The position numbers were made by a program, and so were the translations under genes. The notes under the pieces are model-generated. The model made no database searches and was not told the DNA's origin. It was given only the letters and a program-made list of their open reading frames with translations. Below are positions 56,447 to 64,000 of a stretch of 64,000 bases of DNA, piece after piece (position 1 is the stretch's first letter; every line of letters starts with the position of its first letter). This DNA comes from a virus (Duplodnaviria > Caudoviricetes). The stretch lies in the IMG/VR virus record IMGVR_UViG_3300002124_000001, positions 291-64,290 of that record; one strand, 5' to 3'.

Positions 56447-56941
56447 TCAGGCGTGCTCCTCTTCCCACTCCGGAACGTCATCCGCCCATGGGTCTTGACC
56501 GTCAGGCGTTCCGCTCTGTCCACCTGAGAGCACCGCTGACGGCGTGTGCTTACCCTCACTGATCCGCTTTGACCAGCCCCTAGCCCTGGCTGCATCCGCG
56601 CGCTTGAACTCAGCGACCGGCTTACCCTTCGGCGTGAGTTCTCCGCTGGCCTCCGCTTTGCCAGCGAAGTAATCGAGCGTCTCGGCCGCCATCTCGAGCA
56701 GTTCCGCCGGGCACTCGGAGAAGCGGTAGCCCTTGAATCGCTGATCGCCGGTCCAATCGCGGGGGAGAAAACGGAGCACTGGGTCTCCCCACTTCCCATC
56801 GAGGTCTCGATCGCTGGCGACGGCCTTCGGCTGCGAGGCACGCACCTTCGCCTCACGCTGCTGCATCACGGCAAGCATCGTCTTCAGCGTGGCGTCGATC
56901 GACTGCAGCACGAGCAGCGCCTGATCGGCCGTGGCAGACAT
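56447..56941 (-). CDS. hypothetical protein with Gly-rich linker and acidic aromatic tail
   Basis: Ends GGQSGTPDGQDPWADDVPEWEEEHA. Confidence 0.6.
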   Translation of the reverse strand: MSATADQALLVLQSIDATLKTMLAVMQQREAKVRASQPKAVASDRDLDGKWGDPVLRFLPRDWTGDQRFKGYRFSECPAELLEMAAETLDYFAGKAEASGELTPKGKPVAEFKRADAARARGWSKRISEGKHTPSAVLSGGQSGTPDGQDPWADDVPEWEEEHA

Positions 56942-57594
56942 TAGACCGACACCACGCTTTCGATCTGATTGCGATTCAGATACCGCTGACGCTTCCTGTC
57001 CCTCTCGCAGGCACGACATGCGCGCTGTCCGCTGGAGTACACCGACACGTTTTCTGGCGTCATCTGATGCAGCTTTTTGCGGCACATCGTGGATACCGGG
57101 ACGACGCGGCGGCGCCGATTCAACGCCTGTTCACGCTTCGTCGCCCACCGGCAATTGTCGGGCTCGTAGTTGCCGTCGTTTTTGATTCGATCTATGGAGT
57201 GTCTCGGCGACGGGCGCCTCCCCATGTCAGCCAGAAAGTTCTCGAACGATGCCCAGCGAGCGCACACCGTAATTCCGCGACCACCATAGTCCTTGTAGCC
57301 TGGCTGGTTGGGGTTGGTGCAGCGAGTCCGCATCTGAGACCATGCGCGCCACTCAGGCGCGATCGCGCCACTCTTCGCCTGTCCGTGAATGAAATTTGCT
57401 GTTCCCTTCATCTCGTCGCGAAGACATCCACACGACGCCGTCTCGCCTCGCTGAACTGACAACGCTCGAATGGGTTTGGTGGTGCCACAGTCGCACTTAC
57501 AGACGAGCCATCGACTTCCGGCGTACCATTCTCCGGACAGAACCAGAAGCCGACCGAAACGCTCCCCAATGGGAATCGTCGCCCGTGGTCTCAT
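56941..57594 (-). CDS. HNH homing endonuclease
   Basis: HSIDRIKNDGNYEPDNCRWAT; C-terminal C..LH...N motif. Confidence 0.9.
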   Translation of the reverse strand: MRPRATIPIGERFGRLLVLSGEWYAGSRWLVCKCDCGTTKPIRALSVQRGETASCGCLRDEMKGTANFIHGQAKSGAIAPEWRAWSQMRTRCTNPNQPGYKDYGGRGITVCARWASFENFLADMGRRPSPRHSIDRIKNDGNYEPDNCRWATKREQALNRRRRVVPVSTMCRKKLHQMTPENVSVYSSGQRACRACERDRKRQRYLNRNQIESVVSV

Positions 57595-58898
57595 GCGGCG
57601 CCCTCCTCGGCGACAGTGCCGTCAACGATCAGGACCGTCATGAGTCCGTCGCCTTTTGCGCCGACGATCCGCTCCAGCCAAATCTGCATGCCTGCCTCTT
57701 CCGCAAACTGCGCCAGAAGCGCGAGATTCGTCTCGTCAAGGTCATTCCCCCCTCTGACAAGGCAAACTTTCAGCTTCGGATTGAGCGCGGCGCCGATCGC
57801 CACGGACACGCGCGTCCGGATGGCCGTGGACGCCTGCTCGAACGGCAGGCCCTGCCACGTCACGCCGTTGTCGTCGAGGCCAAGACCTTCCACTGGGAAC
57901 GTGGCGGAGGTCAGGCGCTCCACCTTCTCGGCGTCGCAGCGCGTGATCATCGCGGTCAGCGCGTCGGCCTTGGCCTGCTGCTCGTCGCGCGAGGTTTCGA
58001 GTTCTGCCCTGGCCTTGTTCTGAGACACCTTCTGATTGCGCGCCTCGATCGTGGAGATCTGCGCACGGAGCGCGGCGCGATCTGGTACGGCTTTCTTGGC
58101 TGCGATGACGGCCGACGCCTTGGCCTTCTCCTCGTCCTCGGACATCGCGAGCGCCATGGACGCCTCTTCAGACTCCGCCTCAGCGGCTTCGAGAGCGGCT
58201 TGCGCCTCCTGAAGGGTCTTCGCTGCGAGCCCCACGCGACGCTCTGCGGCCGTCCTGACTGACCGCGCAGACGAGAGCGCCATGTCCGCCTTGGCCGCGG
58301 CATCAGCGAGTGAGTCGGCATCAGCCAGCGACGTCGAGAGCGCATCGAACGTCTCAACCTCAACCCCCGCGTCTGCATGCTTCGGCGCTTTCTCGATCGC
58401 ACCCTTCAGGCGCGTGACGTCTCGGTTGACGATCGTCCGCTCGTCGAACGCCTCTTTACGCTTCTCTTCGAGGTCGCTGGTATTGATCTTGGCGATTGCC
58501 CTCAACGTCACCGCCTGCTTCGGCGGATCTGCCAGGCTGAACGCCAGCGGGTCAAACGTGAGCTTGCTGTAGAGACCGTTGAGCAGCGCCTGAGGGGAGG
58601 GATACTCCGCCCCGTCCCGGCTGGTGACGGTCAACGCACTCCCACCGGATTGCGTGAACGTACGGGTGACGATCATGTCCCCCAGGTCCACGATGACCTT
58701 GCCCTTCGGCTGCCCTCGACGGACGGGCGCCGGCGGGATCGTCTTCTCTCCACCGAGCGCCATCTCGATCGCGTCGAAGCAGGAGGACTTCCCTGCTTCG
58801 TTCTGGCCGGCCACGATGACGAGCGAGGATCCGTCCGGACGAATCGATACGGCGCTGAGCCTCTGGATGTTTTCGCAGGTGAGCTGGAGGATGTGCAT
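57591..58898 (-). CDS. SMC/Rad50-like AAA ATPase with coiled coil
   Basis: GQNEAGKSS; long coiled coil; LPFEQAS; degenerate Walker B/D-loop VRGGNDLD. Confidence 0.88.
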   Translation of the reverse strand: MHILQLTCENIQRLSAVSIRPDGSSLVIVAGQNEAGKSSCFDAIEMALGGEKTIPPAPVRRGQPKGKVIVDLGDMIVTRTFTQSGGSALTVTSRDGAEYPSPQALLNGLYSKLTFDPLAFSLADPPKQAVTLRAIAKINTSDLEEKRKEAFDERTIVNRDVTRLKGAIEKAPKHADAGVEVETFDALSTSLADADSLADAAAKADMALSSARSVRTAAERRVGLAAKTLQEAQAALEAAEAESEEASMALAMSEDEEKAKASAVIAAKKAVPDRAALRAQISTIEARNQKVSQNKARAELETSRDEQQAKADALTAMITRCDAEKVERLTSATFPVEGLGLDDNGVTWQGLPFEQASTAIRTRVSVAIGAALNPKLKVCLVRGGNDLDETNLALLAQFAEEAGMQIWLERIVGAKGDGLMTVLIVDGTVAEEGAA

Positions 58899-59215
58899 CA
58901 GGCCGCCACCTTCTTTGGGTACCGACGCCGACGCCGGTTGTTAGCTTGTTGCTTCTGTGTTGCCCAACGGACGTTGCCGGGCTCGTAGTTTCCGTTGTTG
59001 TCAGGCCACAGTAGATGTGCACGCGACTGCTCGCGCATGAAGCACCCGCATGACTTCGACCGACCCGTTCGAATGCTGTTCATCAAGACCGTGCGCGCCT
59101 GCCCGCACTCGCAGACAACGTCTGCGCGAGTTGGCCCGCCATCGGTTGGAGAAAAAGAGCGGACGACCGACCAGCGTCCGAATCGTGTGCCAGCCGAACA
59201 GATCAATGCCGGCAT
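58898..59215 (-). pseudogene. internally deleted HNH endonuclease
   Basis: N-terminal CECG/SCGC joined directly to DNNGNYEPGNVRWAT; the middle block present in three paralogues is missing. Confidence 0.75.
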
Positions 59216-60657
59216 TACTCGATTTCCTCCCTCGCGTACAAGCCGTGGATTACGTCCGGGTAGACGAGCCGCGCGAGCTTCGATCCAGCCCTAGCCACAC
59301 AGAGATCGGCTGGGTTACGCCCCCATCCGCTCTTTGCCCATGCTTTGTCGTCGCCCGGGAAAGCGGCTTTGCCCTCATCTATGGTGTAGGTGAGCGTCAT
59401 CGGTGGATCGTCGCCGCGCTGTGTTTCAAATGTAGCCTTCGTGGCCATCCGCTCAGTGCAGCGAAAGTACTTAGCTTTCCCGCTTTGAATCACCAGAGCG
59501 CGAATTACATCAGCCGCAAGGGTTGGCCGGCCTTCGATGATGTGAAAGGCGCGAAGCGACGCCATCGCCTGCATTCCGACTTCGCGTCCAGCCATCAACG
59601 TCGAGAGGATCGCAGCAGCCGTCCCGTACGCCGAGAACAGGCGGCTCGAAAACATGTCCGTCGCAAGCGCCCTGGCGTCGCGCATGCTCCGAGGCTCAAG
59701 CTGCATCTCCCACTCAACCGGCGCTGGCGCGATGGCGTCCGACTCACGCACGGCGATTGCCGTTGCGGGTTCCCCGGCTGGTGATGCCTGTGCTGCAGTG
59801 ACCACAGGGGCGGCTGAGGCTTCAGGCTGGGGTTCGTCGCGATCCTCGACCACGAACTCGGCTTCCTTCGCCACGCGCGTCCCGGCCAATTCGTCGAGCG
59901 GCAGCGGCACATCCGTGCGGAGCGTGATCAGCGATCGGGTCGTCTCGAGTTCCGGCTTGAAGACGCGCAGCGAGGCGGAGATCGCCGGCTTCACGCCCAG
60001 CGCCGCGCCACCAACGTCGCCCAGTTCTTGGTAGAGGTTGTCGAGCGTCTGGAACTTGGCGAGCAGCTCCGCGGCGTTCTTCGGCCCGATGCCTTTGGCG
60101 CCGGCGATGTTGTCCGACGTGTCCCCGACCAAACTTAGGAAGTCGCGCATCTGATCCGGCCTCACACCGAACTTGGCGCCGACACCCTCCGCGTCCAGAA
60201 TCAACCCGTCCGCAGCGCGCTGCATCCGCACCCGTGGCCCAACCAACTGCAGGAGGTCTTTGTCCGCAGAGACGATCAGAACCGTGAGTTCCTTTGGTGA
60301 GTCCGGTCCGGTGATGTGCGCCACCGCCGAGGCGATCAGGTCGTCCGCCTCGAACGTCGGCGCCGACCACACCGGGAACCCGTCGGCTCGAAGCTGCTCC
60401 TTCGCCAGATCAATCTGGTGGTGCAGCGCCGCTTCAGAGGGCGGACGGTTCCCTTTGTACGTGGCCGCGATGTCCTTGCGGAACGAGCGTCCGGCATCGC
60501 AACAGATCGCCACTGAGGGATGCCCATTGGCCAGCGACCGCACCCGCGCGACGATCGCCTGGCTCGGCTTGTTGGGATCTGGGTCCGACTGCGAGACGTG
60601 CCAGATGGGGTACGCCAGGCTGCTTAGGTCCACTAGAACGACTTCATTGACGCTCAT
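59215..60657 (-). CDS. 5'-3' exonuclease (FEN/PolI-type) fused to a RecT-like annealing domain
   Basis: LVDLSS, YKGNR, FEADDLIA, SADKDLLQL, LVGDTSDNIAGAKGIGPK; linker; then SLRAFHIIEGRPTL...TYTIDEGK...ARLVYPDVIHGLY. Confidence 0.8.
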   Translation of the reverse strand: MSVNEVVLVDLSSLAYPIWHVSQSDPDPNKPSQAIVARVRSLANGHPSVAICCDAGRSFRKDIAATYKGNRPPSEAALHHQIDLAKEQLRADGFPVWSAPTFEADDLIASAVAHITGPDSPKELTVLIVSADKDLLQLVGPRVRMQRAADGLILDAEGVGAKFGVRPDQMRDFLSLVGDTSDNIAGAKGIGPKNAAELLAKFQTLDNLYQELGDVGGAALGVKPAISASLRVFKPELETTRSLITLRTDVPLPLDELAGTRVAKEAEFVVEDRDEPQPEASAAPVVTAAQASPAGEPATAIAVRESDAIAPAPVEWEMQLEPRSMRDARALATDMFSSRLFSAYGTAAAILSTLMAGREVGMQAMASLRAFHIIEGRPTLAADVIRALVIQSGKAKYFRCTERMATKATFETQRGDDPPMTLTYTIDEGKAAFPGDDKAWAKSGWGRNPADLCVARAGSKLARLVYPDVIHGLYAREEIE

Positions 60658-61247
60658 GCCACATGCCTCCACTGAATGCCGCGCTTGATGTTGGAGACGG
60701 TGTGGACGGAGCATCCGAATCTTCGAGCCACAGTGACGCCAGATTCACCGGACTGAAGAGCAGACTTGATCTGAGAAACTACGGCTTCGGTGAGCTTCGC
60801 CAGAGGATGCAGGGAACCAACCATCTTCAGGTTGGCGGCTCGCCACGCACCAATATTGAACTTCAGAGGATCGCAGAACGTCCGTTTCCGACGCCCCTTT
60901 TGGATCATGTCGGCGGTGTTGTCAGCGGACGTTCCGAGGAATAAGTGGAACGGACTGACACAGATCGGGTTATCGCAGCGATGGCAGACCAGCAGCCCGT
61001 CTGGAATGAACCGACGCCTGAAGAGCGCCCACGCCACGCGATGCGCTCTGTGCATCTTCCCAGCAGCCTTAAACAGACCGTAGCCGTGCGGATCCTTTGT
61101 GCCGTTCCAGGGCCAACATTGATACGGCCTCTGCGCGAACTTACCCAGAAACCGACTCACATCGGCTACTGACAGCGCCACGCCATTGAGCACGAGACGC
61201 GGACCTGCGCGGTTGCCTTCACTCTGCCCGTTTGCTACGATGTCCAT
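60654..61247 (-). CDS. HNH homing endonuclease with C-terminal HTH
   Basis: CWPWNG...YG...AHRVAW...VCHRCDNPICV.P.HL.LGT..DN. Confidence 0.92.
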   Translation of the reverse strand: MDIVANGQSEGNRAGPRLVLNGVALSVADVSRFLGKFAQRPYQCWPWNGTKDPHGYGLFKAAGKMHRAHRVAWALFRRRFIPDGLLVCHRCDNPICVSPFHLFLGTSADNTADMIQKGRRKRTFCDPLKFNIGAWRAANLKMVGSLHPLAKLTEAVVSQIKSALQSGESGVTVARRFGCSVHTVSNIKRGIQWRHVA

Positions 61248-61270
61248 TACCTAATCGGTCCTTTCATCTG

Positions 61271-61300
61271 GAGCCCGGGTGCAACCGGGCTCTTCGTCTT
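61271..61300. terminator. 8-bp hairpin, terminator-like
   Basis: GAGCCCGG-GTGCAA-CCGGGCTC; T-rich tail on the + strand only. Confidence 0.4.
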
Positions 61301-61768
61301 TCAGCCCTGCCCGATTCCGAACTGCTCCCAGAGCCCTTGCGGTGAGAAGTCGATCCCGCAGCGCGTCATCCCGAACTCACGACACACCGTCTTGTAGTGC
61401 TCGAAGTCAGGATCCGGGAGCTTGGCCGTTGATGCCTGCTCGACCTCGCGCTCGAACTTCACTTCGCCTGTTTCGTGGTCCGCGATCACAAGCCGCTCAC
61501 TCGGCAAGAATTCAGCCTTGAACAACCGGTGTATCTCGTTCAACGTCTGCTGGCTGTAGAGCGCGACCGGACGCACGACGTACCCCCAATATTCACGGTT
61601 GGCTTTCGAGGACCGGCACGCGATCAACCGCTGGACGTCAATCTCCACTTGCTCTCCGTCCTCCAAACGCAGACGACGGAGATGGGCATTGAAGGCCATC
61701 TGGTCCACGAACACGAGACGCTTCAAGTCCTCGTTCCATGAGGCCACGGCGGTCACGTGCGTGCTCAC
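61301..61768 (-). CDS. NinB/Orf-like recombination accessory protein
   Basis: RSSKANREYWG...IHRLFK..FL...STAKL...F..Y. Confidence 0.7.
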   Translation of the reverse strand: MSTHVTAVASWNEDLKRLVFVDQMAFNAHLRRLRLEDGEQVEIDVQRLIACRSSKANREYWGYVVRPVALYSQQTLNEIHRLFKAEFLPSERLVIADHETGEVKFEREVEQASTAKLPDPDFEHYKTVCREFGMTRCGIDFSPQGLWEQFGIGQG

Positions 61769-62067
61769 GCCTGCGTCTCCTGGAGAGGGGCCGGCTCCTG
61801 ACATTCGGCTTTGGCGATCAGTGGACGCGCAGCAATGAACGCGTGTCGTGCGCCAGCCCGTCCAACCTGCGCCGCCTTGCGCACCTTGAACCCCGCCGCC
61901 CTGAGCGCGTCGAGGTCGCGATACACCGTGCGCGGACAGGCCCCGAGGCCCACAGCCAACTCGCGCACGTACGCCTGGCTGAACGGCCGCGTGTGCCCAT
62001 CGACCCGCCGAATCAACCGCGCTAACCGAATCGCGATGCTGTTGCGCCCGTAGCCTGGAGTCGCCAT
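61765..62067 (-). CDS. HTH DNA-binding protein
   Basis: ELAVGLGACPRTVYRDLDALRAAG. Confidence 0.75.
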   Translation of the reverse strand: MATPGYGRNSIAIRLARLIRRVDGHTRPFSQAYVRELAVGLGACPRTVYRDLDALRAAGFKVRKAAQVGRAGARHAFIAARPLIAKAECQEPAPLQETQA

Positions 62068-62333
62068 CTACGTCGTCGCCTCCGCAGCGAACAGCGCCCG
62101 CGCCACGTGATCCGGACGGTGCGCGTCGATCCACGCCAGCGCCTGACGGGACGTCGCTGCCCACATCGCCACCATCACGGCGTCTCCGTAACCCCCTGCG
62201 TCCTTTTTGAGGAACCGCGCGGCAAGATGGCCTTCGGGTATCGCGTCTGACGCGAGGGCGGCCAAGATCGCATCGGCCTCTTCGGGCATCAAGGCGTGGC
62301 TGATCAAGCGAGCGCGGAGGGCGTCGCGGAAGG

Positions 62334-62741
62334 TCACTGCGCCGCCGCCGATCGGATCTCGTAGTGCGCCACGTCGTCAGGAAGGAGAGACGGCCTCAGT
62401 TCAACGACTCTCTTCTTCGCAGGATCGAAGAGCCAGCCTGTGCACGACACCGCGTAGTGCCAATTCGCGCCGCGCCAATGTGGAATCCTCAGGAGCGCCG
62501 GCCGAAGACTGCGCGCGATCCCAGGATTGCGCCCTCCCATCTCGAGACCGTGCGCCGCGAGAAGCCTCCGCATCTCGCCGACGTTCGTGCGATCGTCTTT
62601 GCGGCGTTGCCGTGACGGCGTCAGCCTCACGGTCGGCACCAGGGCCAGCACGCGCGCGACAGGCACGTCAGCCAGCATCGCGACACAGGTCGGCCCGCAA
62701 CTGGTCCGTGACGGCTGACGCTGGTGACGGAGCTTCTTCAC
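62334..62741 (-). CDS. C39-like cysteine peptidase domain protein
   Basis: QRQ...SCGPTCVAML; WHYAV; WLFDP. Confidence 0.7.
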   Translation of the reverse strand: MKKLRHQRQPSRTSCGPTCVAMLADVPVARVLALVPTVRLTPSRQRRKDDRTNVGEMRRLLAAHGLEMGGRNPGIARSLRPALLRIPHWRGANWHYAVSCTGWLFDPAKKRVVELRPSLLPDDVAHYEIRSAAAQ

Positions 62742-63006
62742 TTCGTCTCCGATGTCCCAGTCGACAGCTTGTCGAGGATCGCCATAAAACACGCCGTCCG
62801 TCCCTCCGCCAACGGCAACGTCTCCATCGCCGCGACTTCCTCGGTCGTCATGTAGTTCTCTGGATGCTCACGGAAGTCCTTCTCCCACGTGTCGAACGCT
62901 GCTGTGAATTCCGACTCCATCCAACGCATTTACTTGTCCTTCCAGGTGAACGCCAGAATCCTCGCCCGTTGCTCCTGCTCGAATCGGTGATGCACAGAAT
63001 GTGAAT

Positions 63007-63096
63007 AAGCCATACCTTGCCTCGCCTCGCCATACCATGCCCTGCCGCGCCACGCCTTACCTCGCCTGACCTCACCCTGCCACGCCGTGTCGAGCC
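63007..63096 (-). repeat. array of 18 GGYNN pentamers
   Basis: GGCTC GACAC GGCGT GGCAG GGTGA GGTCA GGCGA GGTAA GGCGT GGCGC GGCAG GGCAT GGTAT GGCGA GGCGA GGCAA GGTAT GGCTT. Confidence 0.9.
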
Positions 63097-63614
63097 TTGT
63101 CCTTCTCTTCCTTCCCGGAGAACGCCAACACATTCGCGACCCGCTCTCTTTCGAATCGGTGATGCACCACCCGGAGGCGCGAGCGGATCGCGTTGGCGGA
63201 GATGTCTCCGAGCTCGGCGCGTTCCAGCCGTCGGTATTCGCGATTCCGCTTCGCGATCTGAAACGGGTGCTGCTCGCTTTCGACCCAGTTCAAAAATCTC
63301 GTCAGCAGTGTCAGCATCAGGCGTTCCAAAACAAGAAGACCAACGAGGCGACCGTGACGCCACACACGAAGCCGAAGCCGACGCCCGTCCGAAATGCATC
63401 AGCGTGTGTGACTCCGCCCGCCATCACCACAACCCCATGACGGCCGCCACGACCAAGCCAACCGAGATGCCCAAGCAGAAGGCCCCGAACGCTTCAGCGT
63501 CCTTCCGTGTCGCAGCCATTCAGCGCCACCAGATCCGTCGAGGCTTCGAGCGCTCCGCCCACAACGCGAGCAGCAGCGCGCCAGCGAGAATGAGTCGACC
63601 GAGGATCTCGTCCA

Positions 63615-64000
63615 TCAGGCCGTCGCCGCCGTCGCAATCGCAGCCTCGATCACCGACCAGGGGATTTGCTTCGCGTCAAATAGGGCGATGAACTGCTCCG
63701 CCCGAGGACGGAGCAACATCGGCACGTCCACCAAATCCCGCGCATCGAAGGCATGCGCCATCGGGCAGTTCGACCACGAGTGACATTCCCAGTGCGTCTC
63801 GAAACTCTCCAGGGACTTTCCGGCGGCCGTCAGCAGCGCTGGGACAGTGACCGCGAAGTACTCCTCCAGCGTCTCGCCAGTGGGCAGGCGGACGTTCTTC
63901 GCCGATCTGAGGTCCGCCGATCTGAGGTCCGCCGATCTGAGGTCCGCCGATCTGAGGTCCGCCGATCTGAGGTCCGCCGATCTGAGGTCCGCCGATCTGA
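63615..64000 (-). CDS. pentapeptide-repeat protein (partial; N-terminus outside the window)
   Basis: Perfect 15-bp tandem GCCGATCTGAGGTCC, about 6.7 copies from 63901, encoding (ADLRS)n; then CHSWSNCPMAHAF domain. Confidence 0.85.
   Translation of the reverse strand, partial: RSADLRSADLRSADLRSADLRSADLRSADLRSAKNVRLPTGETLEEYFAVTVPALLTAAGKSLESFETHWECHSWSNCPMAHAFDARDLVDVPMLLRPRAEQFIALFDAKQIPWSVIEAAIATAATA

Noticed and set aside
1-64000. Diversity-generating retroelement, retron or invertible cassette
   Set aside because: No reverse transcriptase or recombinase; differences between the holin copies are not adenine-specific.
63901-64000. CRISPR array
   Set aside because: Contiguous 15-bp tandem units with no spacers; coding.

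Overview
The window is almost entirely one GC-rich tailed-phage genome of HK97/lambda-like (siphovirus) type, shown circularly permuted; no host chromosomal genes are visible. Layout: 1-1425, start of the leftward early operon (Cro-like HTH, CII-like, excisionase-like HTH). 1496-1552, the 3' half of a tRNA-Leu(TAG), read as an attP core, with no integrase or CI repressor next to it. 1632-5438, a rightward operon of small ORFs ending in a ribbon-helix-helix (RHH) gene. 4409-6113, non-coding structured elements: a repeated G.U-rich hairpin and two promoter-driven RNAs sharing a terminal stem, one tRNA-like. Minus strand from there: lysis (6159-9500), tail (9513-18599), head and packaging (19124-29890). 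An extra late module (30159-40268) holds a WPxP-repeat protein, a double beta-helix protein and an Ig-like secreted protein. An accessory block (40367-46806) holds RtcB, DUF5131, a KGG protein, an RHH-controlled cassette and two DNA methyltransferases. The replication/recombination block (47376-64000) holds RusA, an initiator with an internal HNH, an SMC-like ATPase, a 5'-3' exonuclease fused to a RecT-like annealase, NinB-like and pentapeptide-repeat genes. About ten HNH, EndoVII or GIY-YIG nuclease genes or domains are scattered through it. The host is unknown; the style of the secreted and KGG proteins would fit Acidobacteria, but this is a weak inference. All family assignments come from motif recognition by eye; no database search or folding program was run. 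Several start codons were re-chosen from stop/start overlaps.
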